A DNA stretch of 64,000 nucleotides from Nitrospirota bacterium (GCA_963701855.1 CAVPBK010000006.1:1376001-1440000), one strand, 5' to 3'; counted from the first letter of the stretch, positions 9,542 through 21,720 are shown. Notes: generated by a model not told the origin, from the letters alone. Numbers and translations: made by a program.

Positions 9542-10086
9542 GACCTCGTTGTTGCCTTTCTCTTCAAGGTCTGGCGTGGTGATGTTCGATGCATCCTGCT
9601 CGTCTTGCGTGACTGCATGCGCAAGCGGGCGAGAACCTGGTCAGAATTCGGCCCTGTTGCGAGCAACTGAATTGTTCGGCTCCGCACGGCACGATGGTGT
9701 AGAGCAATTTCGATCCGGTCATGCGGCAGCGCGGCAAGGCCCTTGTCGGCCCATTCTATGGCCGTCACAGACAGGCCCGAGAAATACTCAGATAATCCTA
9801 TCGATTCAAGTTCGCGGAATGTGCGAATACGATACAGATCCACATGGACAAGCGGCAGGCGCCCTTGATCGTATTCGTGAATCATGACGAATGTGGGACT
9901 GGTCACCGCCAGTGGCGATGCGCCAAGGCCTTGTGCGATTCCGCGAACGAGCGCCGTCTTGCCTGATCCGAGCGGTCCATAGAGCGCGATCGTTTCTCCT
10001 CCGCGAAGTTCGTGGCCGATCGCTTGGCCTAGCCGATTGGTGTGCTGGTGAGATGTGGACACCAGCTTCCACGGCAGACTCGACAT
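9538..10086 (-). CDS. tsaE: tRNA threonylcarbamoyladenosine biosynthesis ATPase TsaE
   Basis: GPLGSGKT, VTSPTF, HVDLYR, IEWAD; start may extend to 10164. Confidence 0.95.
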   Translation of the reverse strand: MSSLPWKLVSTSHQHTNRLGQAIGHELRGGETIALYGPLGSGKTALVRGIAQGLGASPLAVTSPTFVMIHEYDQGRLPLVHVDLYRIRTFRELESIGLSEYFSGLSVTAIEWADKGLAALPHDRIEIALHHRAVRSRTIQLLATGPNSDQVLARLRMQSRKTSRMHRTSPRQTLKRKATTRS

Positions 10087-10135
10087 AGTGTTATGGCGAG
10101 CGGCAGGCCGGTTCGCCTTGACTGGTCGGGTGACG

Positions 10136-11689
10136 TTAGGTCGTTTTCGTTCGTTGGAGCGCATAAGGAATTTGAGAGATGAGGTCGCTGGCGAGCATCC
10201 CGGGCTGTCCGAGGTGTTGAGAGGCTAAGTCGCCAGCCAATCCATGAAAATAGGTTGCGGCACAGGCAGCCTCCCAAGCGGGAACTCTTTGCGCCAGTAA
10301 GCCGACGATCATGCCGGTCAACACGTCGCCGGTTCCGGCTGTGGCCATGCCGGGATTACCGGTCGGGCAAATAGCAACAAGCCCATCGGGTCGGGCAATA
10401 ACGGTTCGTGCGCCTTTTAAGACGACGAACACGCCGCGTTCTCGTGCAAATCGTCTGGCCGTGCCGATTCGGTCTGTGTTGACACTCTGTATGGTGGCAT
10501 CGACTTCGAGCCGGGCCATCTCACCAGGGTGTGGGGTGAGAATGGGCGGAGTTTTACACTCGGTCAGCAACGAGACCCGGCCGGCCAAGGCGTTCAGCGC
10601 ATCGGCATCGAGAACCGAGGGCCGATCCAGATGCTTCATGAGCAACTGCACGAGTTCGACGGTCTCGTGATGTGTCGAGAGCCCAGGACCAATGGCGATA
10701 GCAGTGCGTCCTTGGATAAAGGCTACGACACGATCGAGTCCTGAGCGGGCGAGAGTACGTGCCTTTGTTTCGGGGAGAGGCATCGTCATCGCTTCCAGTA
10801 ACTTGGCTTCCAGTACATCGTTGACGCTGCTGGGGGTGGCCACAGTCACCAGGCCGGTTCCAACGCGGAGTGCTGCACGGGCCGCCAGCGCCGCGGCGCC
10901 TGTTTTTCCCACGGACCCCGCAAGAATTCCCGCATGGCCAAACGTTCCCTTATGGGAGGAGGGCAGGCGTTCGGGCAGAGACTGAAACGCGCTATCGCTT
11001 GTCAGGAGCAAGGTCCGGCTCTCGATGGCATTCACATAGGACGGTGGAATGCCGATATCTACGACGCGGATAATGCCGGCTTGGTTGATCCCGGCATCGA
11101 GATAGAGGCCGAGCTTCGGGAGGCCACATGTGATGGTCAATGTGGCGCGGATCGCTTGTCCTAGGATGGCGCCGGTATCGGCATGGAGACCGGATGGAAT
11201 ATCGATTGCGATGACAGGTTTCCCGGCATTGTTAATGAGTTCGATGGCCTCACGATAGGCTCCGGTCACTACGGAAGACAATCCGGTGCCAAGGAGGGCA
11301 TCGACGAGAATGTCGCTGGAGGCAAGAAGGGGCCGCGCCTGGTCGGCAGACCGGAATCGAATGATCGCTGTTCGTCCGGCGACCCGAACGAGCCGGCGAT
11401 ACATCGTCGCAGCATCGCGACTCAGGTCGGTGATCGGTGTGAGGAGCTGCACATGAATTCGTGCACGTCGGCGGTGGAGCAGTCGGGCCACAACCAATCC
11501 ATCTCCTCCATTGTTCCCTTTTCCGCAGAGGATGGTAATGGTCTTGCCTCGTACTGGTCCACAGTGTTCCTCCAGATACCTGACAATGCCTTCGCCGGCC
11601 CGTTCCATCAAGACGGTACTGGGGACATGTGCTTCGGTGATGGTGCGGCGATCGAGCGTCTGCATTTCGGTCCCGGTCACGATCTTCAT
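10136..11689 (-). CDS. nnr: Bifunctional NAD(P)HX epimerase/dehydratase
   Basis: LMERAG, GKGNNGGDG, DALLGTG, DIPSG, HKGTFG, LTPHPGEM, MATAGTGDVL. Confidence 0.95.
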   Translation of the reverse strand: MKIVTGTEMQTLDRRTITEAHVPSTVLMERAGEGIVRYLEEHCGPVRGKTITILCGKGNNGGDGLVVARLLHRRRARIHVQLLTPITDLSRDAATMYRRLVRVAGRTAIIRFRSADQARPLLASSDILVDALLGTGLSSVVTGAYREAIELINNAGKPVIAIDIPSGLHADTGAILGQAIRATLTITCGLPKLGLYLDAGINQAGIIRVVDIGIPPSYVNAIESRTLLLTSDSAFQSLPERLPSSHKGTFGHAGILAGSVGKTGAAALAARAALRVGTGLVTVATPSSVNDVLEAKLLEAMTMPLPETKARTLARSGLDRVVAFIQGRTAIAIGPGLSTHHETVELVQLLMKHLDRPSVLDADALNALAGRVSLLTECKTPPILTPHPGEMARLEVDATIQSVNTDRIGTARRFARERGVFVVLKGARTVIARPDGLVAICPTGNPGMATAGTGDVLTGMIVGLLAQRVPAWEAACAATYFHGLAGDLASQHLGQPGMLASDLISQIPYALQRTKTT

Positions 11690-11837
11690 CGGTGCCCTTG
11701 CGTGCGGGATCGACCCCGGATAAGGAATCGGGTGAGCGCGGGGAGAAAAGAGATCTGTTGCCTGCGTCGCAATGTCATGACAGGGGCGAATCGCGTTGTC
11801 CACAGGGGGACACAGAGTGCCGTACCGGCGCGATGGT

Positions 11838-12551
11838 TCAACTCAGCAACGCTTTCATCTCCCTTACGGCCTGGTCGAGGCCCACCAGCACCGCTCGGGC
11901 AATGATGCTATGGCCGATATTGTATTCGACGATTTCCTGAATGTGAGTCAATCGCGTGACGTTGCGATAGTCCAAGCCGTGCCCGGCATTGACGCCCATT
12001 CCGAGTTTATAGGAGAGTTTCGCGGCCTGCGTAATGGCCTCTACTTCCGCGTCGGCTTCTTTCGAGCGTTTGGCATTCGCATAACGGCCTGTGTGGATCT
12101 CGATGAAATCGGCTGAGACTCGATGCGCGGCTTTGACCTGGGCCAAATCCGGTTCGATAAAGAGGCTGACGGGAATATTTGACTCGTGGAGCAGGGTTAC
12201 GATCTGCTGAATACGATCTTTATGGCCGGCTACGTCCAGGCCTCCTTCAGTCGTGAGTTCCTGACGCTGCTCCGGGACGAGCGTAACCATGTCTGGCTTG
12301 ACGGTCAGGGCGATCTTGGCCATCGTTTCATCAGCGGCCATCTCCAGATCGAGCTTGGTGCGGATGAGTTCCCGCAAGAGGCGAAGATCGTGGTCTTGAA
12401 TATGGCGCCGATCTTCTCTGAGGTGAACGACAATGCCGTCGGCCCCGGCTAATTCCACCAATACGGCAGCGGCAAGAGGATCCGGGTCGGTTCCACCACG
12501 AGCCTGCCGCAACGTGGCCACATGGTCGATGTTCACCCCAAGTCGTGGCAC
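11838..12551 (-). CDS. pdxJ: Pyridoxine 5'-phosphate synthase
   Basis: [37 protein letters not shown]. Confidence 0.98.
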   Translation of the reverse strand: MPRLGVNIDHVATLRQARGGTDPDPLAAAVLVELAGADGIVVHLREDRRHIQDHDLRLLRELIRTKLDLEMAADETMAKIALTVKPDMVTLVPEQRQELTTEGGLDVAGHKDRIQQIVTLLHESNIPVSLFIEPDLAQVKAAHRVSADFIEIHTGRYANAKRSKEADAEVEAITQAAKLSYKLGMGVNAGHGLDYRNVTRLTHIQEIVEYNIGHSIIARAVLVGLDQAVREMKALLS

Positions 12552-12836
12552 AGACCCTCCATTCTACTATGTGGAGCAAGGAGAAACTGAGTTGAGTGAT
12601 GAGAGCGAAAGGCGTTGCAGTTGTAACAGAAATCAGCAGGGTGGGGCAAGGACCGGGATGTGGAATTGAGGGGGTGTTGTCCTGGCCAATCAAAGGGGTC
12701 GGGCTACCGAACCCCATAGAATCACGACATAATTTGACTCGATACGCTCTGCGCCATTAGAATAGGCCCCCTAACGTGGCGGAGAGCGATCACGCGATCG
12801 CTTCCGCGCGTGTGAGGATTACGGACAGGAAACCTC

Positions 12837-14033
12837 ATGGGATTAGGCGACGGATTTTATCGCATCAAACGGTTACCGCCTTATGTATTCGCCCAGGTGC
12901 AGAGTCTCAAGCTCGAAGCTCGTCAACAGGGCGAAGACATTATCGACTTTGGAATGGGAAATCCTGACCAACCGACACCGAGCCATATCGTCGAGAAGAT
13001 GATCGAGGCGGCGCGGAAAGGAAAAAATCATCGCTACTCGGCTTCGCGCGGGATTACCAAGTTGCGGCACGCGATCGCTGGTTGGTACAAGCGGAATTAC
13101 AATGTCGATTTGGATCCTGAGACCGAGACCATTGTCACGATCGGTTCCAAAGAAGGATTGGCACACCTGGCGCTGGCCTTGATCGGCCCCGGCGACGTCG
13201 TCCTGACGCCGACGCCGACTTATCCCATTCATATGTATAGTTTCATCATTGCGGGCGGAGAAGTCCGTGGGGTTGAGTTGCGCCCGGACAGTGATTTCTT
13301 CGACGATTTACAGCGGGTCTATCGCCAGACCTTCCCAAGGCCGAAGATCTTGGTCATCAATTTTCCGCATAATCCTACCACCGCCGTAGTGGATCTTGAG
13401 TTCTTTAAGAAGATCGTCGTCTTTGCCAAAGAACATAACGTGATTGTCATTCATGACCTGGCTTACGCCGACTTGGTGTTCGATGGATATAAAGCGCCGA
13501 GCTTTCTGCAGGTTCCCGGGGCGAAGGATGTCGGCGTCGAGTTCTACACTCTTTCCAAGGCCTACAACATGCCTGGTTGGCGCGTGGGATTTTGTTGCGG
13601 CAATCGCGAGGTGGTTGGAGCCCTGGCGAAGATCAAGAGTTATCTCGATTACGGTATTTTTCAGCCCCTTCAGATTGCCAGCGTCATTGCCCTCAATGGG
13701 CCGCAAGATTGTGTCAAGGAGACGGTGCTCCGTTACCAGAAGCGTCGAGATGTGTTGGTGAGCGGGCTGAATCGCATCGGGTGGCAGGTGAACAAGCCTG
13801 TGGCTACCATGTTTGTCTGGGCCAGAATCCCGTTGCCCTATCGGTCTTCAGGGTCGTTGGAATTTTCGAAGCTTCTGCTCCGCGAGGCGAAAGTGGCCGT
13901 GTCTCCTGGGATCGGATTCGGTGAGGGCGGGGACGAGTATGTGCGGTTCGGTCTTGTCGAAAATGAACATCGCACGAGGCAAGCCGTGCGAGGCATTCGC
14001 AAGGCTCTGAAGCTTGAGGGGTCAGAAGAGTGA
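12837..14033 (+). CDS. alaC: PLP-dependent class I/II aminotransferase (AlaC-like)
   Basis: [40 protein letters not shown]; usual position before hom. Confidence 0.8.
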   Translation: MGLGDGFYRIKRLPPYVFAQVQSLKLEARQQGEDIIDFGMGNPDQPTPSHIVEKMIEAARKGKNHRYSASRGITKLRHAIAGWYKRNYNVDLDPETETIVTIGSKEGLAHLALALIGPGDVVLTPTPTYPIHMYSFIIAGGEVRGVELRPDSDFFDDLQRVYRQTFPRPKILVINFPHNPTTAVVDLEFFKKIVVFAKEHNVIVIHDLAYADLVFDGYKAPSFLQVPGAKDVGVEFYTLSKAYNMPGWRVGFCCGNREVVGALAKIKSYLDYGIFQPLQIASVIALNGPQDCVKETVLRYQKRRDVLVSGLNRIGWQVNKPVATMFVWARIPLPYRSSGSLEFSKLLLREAKVAVSPGIGFGEGGDEYVRFGLVENEHRTRQAVRGIRKALKLEGSEE

Positions 14034-15343
14034 TCTCGCGTGTGGGCGTCGGCATCATTGGGTTCGGAACGGTCGGAACGGGCGTCGTGAAGATTCTCTT
14101 GGAGAATGCTGCTTTAATCAGCCGCCGGGTCGGCGTACCGATCGAGATCGTTCGGATTGTGGACCTCGATGTGACGCGTGACCGAGGTCTTGCCCTTCCA
14201 CCAGGCCTCCTTACGACCGATGCGAAGCAGATTCTTGCCGATCCGTCGATCGACATCGTCGTGGAGTTGATCGGGGGCTGCGATGTTGCCAAACGCATAA
14301 TTCTTGAGGCCCTTGCGGCAGGCAAACATGTCGTTACCGCCAATAAGGCCTTGCTCGCGCTACACGGAGAAGAAATATTTGCCGCGGCTTCCCGCGAGGG
14401 TGTCGACCTAGGGTTCGAAGCGAGCGTGGGCGGGGGGATTCCCGTCATCCAGGCTTTGAGGGAAGGGCTGGCTGCAAACACTATCCAATCTATTTATGGG
14501 ATCATCAACGGGACAGCCAATTACATTCTTTCGCGCATGACCCATGAAGGCCAGAGTTTTGAGGCGGTACTCGACGAAGCAAAGCAAGCCGGCTATGCCG
14601 AAGCGGATCCGACATTCGATGTGGCCGGTATCGATTCGGCGCACAAGCTAGCGATCCTGGTGGCGCTAGCCTATGGGATGCCGGTCAATGTGAAAGAGGT
14701 GTATACCGAGGGGATTACCCACATTACGCCGCTCGACATCGCGTATGCCAAAGAGTTCGGTTGTACGATCAAGTTGCTGGGCATCGCGAAGCTGGTCGGC
14801 AATGAAGTCGAAGCACGAGTGCATCCCACGATGCTGCCCTCCTCATCTCTGATCGCCCAAGTCGAAGGAGTCTACAACGCGATTCAACTTGTCGGCGATG
14901 CCGTGGGCGACGTGGTGCTCTATGGCCGGGGAGCGGGGTCCATGCCGACCGGCAGTGCGGTGGTCGGCGACCTCATCACCATCGCGCGCAATCTGTTGAA
15001 AGGAGCGGTTGGGCGAGTGCCGCCCGCTTCGTTCCAGCAAGACCAGCGTCGTCCGCTTCGGATGCGGACGATGGAAGAAATCAGCTCGCTCTACTACCTC
15101 CGGTTTATGGTGTTGGACCGCCCCGGCGTCTTGTCTCAAATTGCAGGGGAGCTGGGCCGGTGCGGCATCAGTATCTCATCCGTCCTCCAACAGGGACGGC
15201 GCGAAGGGCAGACGGTTCCGGTCGTGATCAAGACTCATACTGCCATGGAGCGTGATGTCCAAACGGCATTGCGAGCGATCAATCACATGGCCTTCATTTC
15301 CGAGCCCACTACCTTGATTCGGGTCGAGGGTAAGGACGAGTAA
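14030..15343 (+). CDS. hom: Homoserine dehydrogenase with C-terminal ACT domain
   Basis: [36 protein letters not shown]. Confidence 0.97.
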   Translation: MISRVGVGIIGFGTVGTGVVKILLENAALISRRVGVPIEIVRIVDLDVTRDRGLALPPGLLTTDAKQILADPSIDIVVELIGGCDVAKRIILEALAAGKHVVTANKALLALHGEEIFAAASREGVDLGFEASVGGGIPVIQALREGLAANTIQSIYGIINGTANYILSRMTHEGQSFEAVLDEAKQAGYAEADPTFDVAGIDSAHKLAILVALAYGMPVNVKEVYTEGITHITPLDIAYAKEFGCTIKLLGIAKLVGNEVEARVHPTMLPSSSLIAQVEGVYNAIQLVGDAVGDVVLYGRGAGSMPTGSAVVGDLITIARNLLKGAVGRVPPASFQQDQRRPLRMRTMEEISSLYYLRFMVLDRPGVLSQIAGELGRCGISISSVLQQGRREGQTVPVVIKTHTAMERDVQTALRAINHMAFISEPTTLIRVEGKDE

Positions 15344-15347
15344 CGCA

Positions 15348-16406
15348 ATGAATCGCTGGCGTGGTGTGATCGAAGAATATCGGAAGTTTCTGCCGGTGAC
15401 CGACCGTACACCCGTGGTGACGCTCGGCGAAGGCAACACGCCGCTCATAAGGGCGACGCGGCTGGCCAAACAGATCGCGCCCGGCATTGATCTCTATCTC
15501 AAATTCGAAGGCATGAATCCGACGGGATCCTTCAAGGATCGCGGCATGACGATGGCCATCTCAAAGGCCGTTGAGTCCGGCTCCAAGGCGGTGATCTGTG
15601 CCTCCACGGGGAATACCTCTGCCTCCGCTGCAGCCTATGGCGCGCGGGCAGGACTGGCAGTCTATGTGTTGATTCCTGCCGGGAAGATCGCGATGGGTAA
15701 GCTGTCACAGGCTATGATGCATCAAGCCACAGTCATCCAGATCGAAGGAAACTTCGACCAGGCGTTGACCATCGTCAAAGAATTGTCTGCGACCTATCAC
15801 ATCGAGTTGGTCAACTCGATCAATCCCTATCGGATCGAGGGGCAGAAGACCGCCGCGATGGAGGTCTGCGATGAACTCGGCGATGCCCCGACTGTTCATG
15901 TGCTGCCGGTTGGAAATGCCGGCAACATTACTGCCTATTGGAAGGGGTATCAGGAATACCGTGCAGCCAATCAATCCACGAAGTTGCCTCGAATGGTCGG
16001 ATTTCAGGCGGCCGGCGCCGCGCCTATTGTGCTCGGACACATCGTGGAACATCCGCAGACGGTGGCCTCGGCGATCCGTATCGGCAATCCGGCCAGCTGG
16101 GAAGCGGCTTTGAAGGCTGTGAAGGAATCCGTGGGAGCGATCGACTCGGTGACGGACGAAGAAATTCTCCAGGCTTATAGGGTGGTGGCAGCGACGGAAG
16201 GGGTCTTCTGCGAGCCGGCGTCCGCTGCGTCGGTTGCCGGCGTGATGAAGTTGAGCAAACAGGGCGGGCTTCACGAAGGCGAGACGGTGGTCTGCACCTT
16301 GACCGGCCACGGATTGAAAGATGCCGACACAGCCATTAGTGTATCGGCTCAACCAAAAACCGTTAGAGCGACGCGGGAGGATGTCGCTCGTCTTTTAAAG
16401 GTGTAG
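15348..16406 (+). CDS. thrC: Threonine synthase
   Basis: [37 protein letters not shown]. Confidence 0.96.
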   Translation: MNRWRGVIEEYRKFLPVTDRTPVVTLGEGNTPLIRATRLAKQIAPGIDLYLKFEGMNPTGSFKDRGMTMAISKAVESGSKAVICASTGNTSASAAAYGARAGLAVYVLIPAGKIAMGKLSQAMMHQATVIQIEGNFDQALTIVKELSATYHIELVNSINPYRIEGQKTAAMEVCDELGDAPTVHVLPVGNAGNITAYWKGYQEYRAANQSTKLPRMVGFQAAGAAPIVLGHIVEHPQTVASAIRIGNPASWEAALKAVKESVGAIDSVTDEEILQAYRVVAATEGVFCEPASAASVAGVMKLSKQGGLHEGETVVCTLTGHGLKDADTAISVSAQPKTVRATREDVARLLKV

Positions 16407-16428
16407 CCACCATGCGAGCAAGGCTTCG

Positions 16429-17670
16429 ATGAAACATGTGATTCTTCATGCCGATGGGATGGCAGACCATCCCCGGAAGGAATTGAGCGGATGGACCCCT
16501 CTTCAAGCAGCTTCGACCCCTCACCTGGACCGCCTCGCGCAGGGTGGGGAGCTTGGGCTTCTGACTGCGGCGCCTGAGAACGTGCGGCAGGGGAGCGGTC
16601 TGATGGGAACTGCCATCCTCGGATACGACCCCAAGAAGTACTACCAGGGTCCCGGTCCGCTCGAAGCGGCCAGTCTGGGGGTCGCCATCGGCGAGCATGA
16701 TGTGGTCTATCGCTGTACGATGGTCACGTTGCGGGCAGACGCTCAGTCCGGAAATAAAGGCGGATTGAACGAGATCAAGAAGCTCGGACCGCACATGGTG
16801 ATGGATGATGCGACTGCAGGCCTGATTTCGACGGAAGAGGCCCGCGAATTGATCGAGGCGATCAATGAACAGCTCGGATCGGAGATGATTCAGTTCTATC
16901 CAGGATTAGGCCATCGGCATCTCATGGTGTGGGTCAACGGGAAGTCGCGAGCGGTCTGTACCGATCCACAGTTATTGGTCGGCCGGCCGATCGCCGATGT
17001 ATTGCCGACGGGAGACGGATCCGACATTCTCTGGAAACTCATGGACGCCTCGTTTCAGATTCTGCGCGATCATCCCCTCAACGATGAACGTCTGGGGGCA
17101 GGTCAGAAGCCTGCCAATTGTCTCTGGCTCTGGGGCCAGGGCCGGGCCATTCTCTGGCCAAGCCTTTCTGAGCGATTGAAGATGTCCGGTGTGGTGGTTT
17201 CACAGAGCGATGTTCATCGCGGACTCGGCATCATGGCCGGGCTCGAAGCTGTTGATGGCGCGCGATTAACCGGTTCGGATTTTCGCACCCAAGCGGCAGT
17301 TGCTCTGGAGGAACTGAAGAAGAAAGATTTTGCATACGTGCATGTGGAGTTACCGGACGAGGTCATTTACGGATCCGATGTCGCGGCCAAGGTGAAGGGC
17401 ATCGAAGCGGTTGATCGCGAGCTGGTAGGGCCGCTGCTCGAAGGACTGGCCAAATTGGGCTCCCATCGCATCGTGGCCTTCTGCGATTCGGGCAGCCTGC
17501 ATCATGGCCAAGCGGAGGAAGGTCCGGGATTCTTCGCCTATCGTGACAGTGCCGCAGCCTCCGCGGCCGGGACCGGACGGAGATTTATCGAGGCTGATGC
17601 TAGAGCTTCGACCGTGCCTCCTCGCGATGCGACAAAGTTCGTCGTGCGGCTGTTTGCGAAAGGATCCTGA
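16429..17670 (+). CDS. ApgM-like (cofactor-independent phosphoglycerate mutase / proposed homoserine kinase) protein with degenerate metal site
   Basis: DGMAD, TPLQAA.TP.LD, LGYDP..YY.G.GPLEAAS, HPLN..R...G..PAN..WLWGQG. Confidence 0.8.
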   Translation: MKHVILHADGMADHPRKELSGWTPLQAASTPHLDRLAQGGELGLLTAAPENVRQGSGLMGTAILGYDPKKYYQGPGPLEAASLGVAIGEHDVVYRCTMVTLRADAQSGNKGGLNEIKKLGPHMVMDDATAGLISTEEARELIEAINEQLGSEMIQFYPGLGHRHLMVWVNGKSRAVCTDPQLLVGRPIADVLPTGDGSDILWKLMDASFQILRDHPLNDERLGAGQKPANCLWLWGQGRAILWPSLSERLKMSGVVVSQSDVHRGLGIMAGLEAVDGARLTGSDFRTQAAVALEELKKKDFAYVHVELPDEVIYGSDVAAKVKGIEAVDRELVGPLLEGLAKLGSHRIVAFCDSGSLHHGQAEEGPGFFAYRDSAAASAAGTGRRFIEADARASTVPPRDATKFVVRLFAKGS

Positions 17671-17675
17671 CGGTC

Positions 17676-18917
17676 GTGGCGCTGATTGTCCAGAAATATG
17701 GGGGGACGTCGGTGGGCACGATCGAGAGGATCCACTGCGTGGCCGACCGCGTTGAGAAGGCTCACAAGGATGGCTATCGTGTCGTGGTTGTCCTGTCCGC
17801 GATGAGCGGAGAAACAGATCGGTTGCTTCGGTTGGCGCACGAAGTCACGCCGCTGCCGGACGATCGTGAACTCGATATGCTCCTGTCGACTGGAGAGCGG
17901 GTGACCATTGCATTATTGGCGATGGCCTTGCGGGCCAGGGGACTCGATGCTCGATCCTTTACGGGGCGCCAAGTCGGGATCATGACCGACAGTGCTCATA
18001 CGAAAGCGCGTATTACTCGGGTAAGTGCTGATCGAATCCGTGAGGCTCTGCTTAAGGGGATCATTCCAGTAGTCGCCGGTTTTCAAGGAATCAACGAGCA
18101 GTCGGATGTCACAACATTGGGGCGTGGCGGATCCGATCTCACGGCAGTCGCATTGGCGGCGGCGCTGAAGGCCGATCGGTGCATCATTTTTACCGACGTT
18201 GATGGCGTCTATACGTCGGACCCCAACATTGTACCGGCGGCTCGACGAATCGACAAGATCTCTTATGAGGAAATGTTGGAAATGGCCAGTCTGGGTGCCA
18301 AAGTGCTGCAGAGCCGCTCCGTCGAATTTGCTGCGAAGTTCAACGTGCCGGTGGAGGTGAACTCCAGCTTCAAAGAAGGAAAGGGGACACTCGTGACGCG
18401 TGAAGATGAGGATATGGAAGCGGTCGCAGTGTCGGGAGTCACCGGCGATCGAAATCAGGCCAAGATCACGATTGTGGGCGTGCCGGACAAACCAGGGATT
18501 GCATCTAAACTCTTTGGGCCCGTGGCCAAGGCAAACATCAATGTCGACATGATCATCCAGAATATGAGTCAGTCTGGCATGACGGACATTTCCTTCACGA
18601 TTCCACGGGCGGACATCAAGAAAGCCTTGCCGCTGATTAAGGACGTGGCGAAAGGCATCGACGCCAAATCGGTTGCCGTAACCGAGGCGATCGCGAAGGT
18701 CTCGCTGGTCGGCGTAGGGATGCGATCCCATTCTGGGGTCGCTGCCAAGATGTTTGAAGTCTTATCTCAGGAAGGCGTGAATATTCTCATGATCAGCACG
18801 TCGGAGATCAAGATCTCCTGTGTCATCGATGAAAAGTATGCTGAACTCGCGATGCGTTCGCTCCATGCTGCGTTCGGGTTGGATCAATCGCCTGCAGGAG
18901 ACCGAAGCCCGAAGTAG
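17676..18917 (+). CDS. lysC: Aspartate kinase
   Basis: [24 protein letters not shown], two ACT domains. Confidence 0.97.
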   Translation: MALIVQKYGGTSVGTIERIHCVADRVEKAHKDGYRVVVVLSAMSGETDRLLRLAHEVTPLPDDRELDMLLSTGERVTIALLAMALRARGLDARSFTGRQVGIMTDSAHTKARITRVSADRIREALLKGIIPVVAGFQGINEQSDVTTLGRGGSDLTAVALAAALKADRCIIFTDVDGVYTSDPNIVPAARRIDKISYEEMLEMASLGAKVLQSRSVEFAAKFNVPVEVNSSFKEGKGTLVTREDEDMEAVAVSGVTGDRNQAKITIVGVPDKPGIASKLFGPVAKANINVDMIIQNMSQSGMTDISFTIPRADIKKALPLIKDVAKGIDAKSVAVTEAIAKVSLVGVGMRSHSGVAAKMFEVLSQEGVNILMISTSEIKISCVIDEKYAELAMRSLHAAFGLDQSPAGDRSPK

Positions 18918-18975
18918 AGGATTTCGGCAAGGTGAATCTCGACAGGCTCGTCCGGATCCTGGTATCGTTTTCATT

Positions 18976-20628
18976 ATGGCTCAAAAATCTTCACAGTCGC
19001 GATCCTCGCAAGGCAAGTCGGTTGGCTCTGCGTCGTCCGGCGCACTTCCGTCTGCCGCCCGTCCGGCAACGCTGGAGATTTATGACACGACCTTACGGGA
19101 CGGGGCTCAGGCTGAGGATGTCACCTTTTCGGCCGAAGACAAGGTTCGGGTCGCCCAACAGCTGGATGGGCTGGGCGTACAGTTCATTGAAGGTGGGTGG
19201 CCCGGAGCGAATCCCAAAGACATCGAGTTCTTTCGGATGATCAAAACCGTTCCGTTGCAGACGGCGACGGTGGTAGCGTTCGGGTCGACCAGAAAATCGA
19301 GCAACGCGGTGCAGAAGGATCCGAATATCCGGGCGTTGCTGGACGCAGAGACCAAGATCATTACGCTCTTCGGGAAAACCTGGTCACTGCACGTCACCGA
19401 TGCGCTCGGAATTTCCCTGGTGAAGAATCTAGAACTCATCAGCGATTCCGTGGCCCATCTCCGCTCGAAAAGCCGAAGGGTGTTCTACGATGCGGAGCAT
19501 TTCTTCGATGGATACAAGACCAATCCAGACTACGCGCTGGAGACCATTCGTCACGCTGTCGCGGCCGGGGCCGAGCGGGTGATTCTCTGCGACACCAACG
19601 GCGGATCGATGCCCTGGGAGATCAAAGAGATCTGCGAGGTCGTTCGGCGGGAGTGCGCGGTGCCCTTGGGGATTCACGCCCATAACGATTGCGAAATGGC
19701 TGTCGCGAATTCGCTGGTGGCGATCGAAACCGGCGTGGTACAGGTGCAGGGGACGATTAACGGGATCGGTGAACGGTGCGGCAATGCCAATCTTTGCTCG
19801 ATTATTCCCAATCTTGAACTGAAGATGAAACGTCCGGCGTTGAAAGACCGTTTGAGCCATCTCAAACGGGTTTCTGGATTTGTGACCGAGATCGCGAACC
19901 TCATGCCCAATAAGCACCAGCCTTATGTGGGAGATTCGGCGTTTGCCCACAAGGGCGGAGTCCATATTCATGCGGTGCTCAAGAATCCCGCGACCTATGA
20001 ACATGTGATTCCTGAGCTGGTCGGCAACCGCCAGCGTGTGCTGGTATCGGATGCTGCAGGTCGGAGTGGGTTGCTGGAGAAGGTCGAGGCCTACGGGATC
20101 AAACTGGACAAGGGGCATGTCAAGTTGCAGGAGTTGATCGGCATGTTGAAGGAGCGTGAAAGTCAAGGATACCAATTTGAGGCGGCGGAGGGCTCCTTCG
20201 AATTGCTCATGCGGAAGGCGATGGGGACGCATAGGCCGGCGTTCCAACTCCTGGGGTTTCGGGTGATTGTCGAGAAAAAACAAGACCATGGCACTTCGTC
20301 GTCAGAAGCTACAGTGATGGTGAAGGTCGGTGAAGTGGTGGAGCATGCGGCAGCAGTCGGAGCCGGCCCGGTCAATGCGCTTGACCATGCGCTGCGAAAA
20401 GCGTTGGAAAATTTCTATCCCCAACTCCGAGAAGTCAAACTGCTCGACTACAAAGTGCGAGTGCTGTCGGCCAATCATGGGACGGAGTCCAAGGTCCGAG
20501 TATTGATTGAATCAGGCGATCATAAGGATAAATGGGGTACCGTCGGTGTGTCTGAGAACATCATGGAAGCAAGCTGGCAAGCGCTTGCGGACAGCATTGA
20601 ATACAAGTTACTTGCCAGAGATGAATGA
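18976..20628 (+). CDS. cimA: Citramalate synthase
   Basis: YDTTLRDGAQ, EGGWPGANPKD, YDAEHFFDG, HAHND, AHKGGVH, WGTVGVSENI. Confidence 0.92.
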   Translation: MAQKSSQSRSSQGKSVGSASSGALPSAARPATLEIYDTTLRDGAQAEDVTFSAEDKVRVAQQLDGLGVQFIEGGWPGANPKDIEFFRMIKTVPLQTATVVAFGSTRKSSNAVQKDPNIRALLDAETKIITLFGKTWSLHVTDALGISLVKNLELISDSVAHLRSKSRRVFYDAEHFFDGYKTNPDYALETIRHAVAAGAERVILCDTNGGSMPWEIKEICEVVRRECAVPLGIHAHNDCEMAVANSLVAIETGVVQVQGTINGIGERCGNANLCSIIPNLELKMKRPALKDRLSHLKRVSGFVTEIANLMPNKHQPYVGDSAFAHKGGVHIHAVLKNPATYEHVIPELVGNRQRVLVSDAAGRSGLLEKVEAYGIKLDKGHVKLQELIGMLKERESQGYQFEAAEGSFELLMRKAMGTHRPAFQLLGFRVIVEKKQDHGTSSSEATVMVKVGEVVEHAAAVGAGPVNALDHALRKALENFYPQLREVKLLDYKVRVLSANHGTESKVRVLIESGDHKDKWGTVGVSENIMEASWQALADSIEYKLLARDE

Positions 20629-20658
20629 GTGAGAAGTCTGATCCGACATTTTTTCCTC

Positions 20659-20687
20659 TTGACAGGCCTTATAACCTCACGTAACTT
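20659..20687 (+). promoter_or_regulatory. sigma70-type promoter for ihfA-merR
   Basis: TTGACA, 17 bp spacer, TAACTT. Confidence 0.65.
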
Positions 20688-20768
20688 ATAGCGAAACTGC
20701 TAATCGTGCGCGGTGAAGTTTACGGGTGATCATTCGATGATGTTTGCGCAGGTGTCGGAGGGGAAAGC

Positions 20769-21044
20769 ATGAGGAAGGCAGATATCGCGAACGAAATCTA
20801 CAAGCAGGTCGGTATTTCGAAAAATGAAGCCGCTGATATCGTCGAACTCGTGCTGAATATGTTGAAAGATGTGTTGCGCAAGGGAGAGTCGGTCAAGATT
20901 GCCGGATTCGGAAACTTTGTGGTACGAAGCAAAGGGGCGCGGAAGGGCCGGAACCCTCGAACCGGCGAAGAAATAGGCATCACGCCTCGCCGCGTGGTGA
21001 CGTTTCGTCCCAGTCAAGTGTTTAAGAAATACGTCAATTCATAG
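20769..21044 (+). CDS. ihfA: Integration host factor subunit alpha
   Basis: HU/IHF fold: VKIAGFGNF, GRNPRTGEEI.ITPRRVVTFRPS; followed by merR as is typical. Confidence 0.9.
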   Translation: MRKADIANEIYKQVGISKNEAADIVELVLNMLKDVLRKGESVKIAGFGNFVVRSKGARKGRNPRTGEEIGITPRRVVTFRPSQVFKKYVNS

Positions 21045-21087
21045 CCTCGTTCAATCACCTTAACTCATCCCACCACGAGGACCGGTC

Positions 21088-21438
21088 ATGGGGAAAGAGC
21101 CCAGGCTGGGCAGCAAGATCTTTTATAAGATCGGCGAAGTTAGCCAGATTGCCGAGCTACCGGCTTACGTGTTGCGATTCTGGGAATCAGAGTTCCCGTT
21201 TCTCAAGCCCAAGAAAAGTCGTGGGAACCAGCGGCTTTATGTCAAGCGAGAAGTCGAGACTGTGCTGGAGATCAAGCGGATGCTCTATGAAGAGGGACAT
21301 ACGCTCGCAGGTGTCAAACGATATTGGGCCAGGCGAGGCCGTGTGGCAAGCCAACGGGTACGCCCCAAAGAACTTGCGCAGAAGCTTCGAGGGAATCTCC
21401 AGGCGATTCTCAAAATTATGGAGTCGCATTCCAACTAA
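21088..21438 (+). CDS. MerR family transcriptional regulator
   Basis: YKIGEVS, VLRFWESEF, GNQRLY. Confidence 0.92.
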   Translation: MGKEPRLGSKIFYKIGEVSQIAELPAYVLRFWESEFPFLKPKKSRGNQRLYVKREVETVLEIKRMLYEEGHTLAGVKRYWARRGRVASQRVRPKELAQKLRGNLQAILKIMESHSN

Positions 21439-21529
21439 CGATAGCTCTGCCTTGTCGATTCCGAGCCGGTTGCATTCCAGCTCCCTCCAGAGGACAATGC
21501 GGGAGAGGGTGAAATTGAATAGAATATGT

Positions 21530-21606
21530 CGGGGCGTGGCGCAGCCCGGTAGCGTACTCGCTTGGGGTGCGAGTGGTCGGCCGTTCAAATCGGCTCGCCC
21601 CGACCA
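21530..21606 (+). tRNA. tRNA-Pro(GGG)
   Basis: CGGGGCG/CGCCCCG acceptor stem, anticodon arm CTCGC-TTGGGGT-GCGAG, T loop TTCAAAT, 3' ACCA. Confidence 0.97.
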
Positions 21607-21682
21607 ATACATAGAGTGTTGAGGACTGGGACGAATAGGATAGTCGGGTACCTGGTTCTCAGCACTCAGTACTGAAACAGAG

Positions 21683-21705
21683 AGCTGCCGCCGGCAGCTT
21701 TTTTT
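21683..21705 (+). terminator. Rho-independent terminator after tRNA-Pro
   Basis: AGCTGCC-GCC-GGCAGCT followed by a T run. Confidence 0.75.
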
Positions 21706-21720
21706 GTTCCTGACGGCCCC

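Noticed and set aside
21530..21720. tRNA-Pro as an integration site for an island
   Set aside because: No integrase, no duplicated tRNA 3' end seen, and housekeeping surE follows directly
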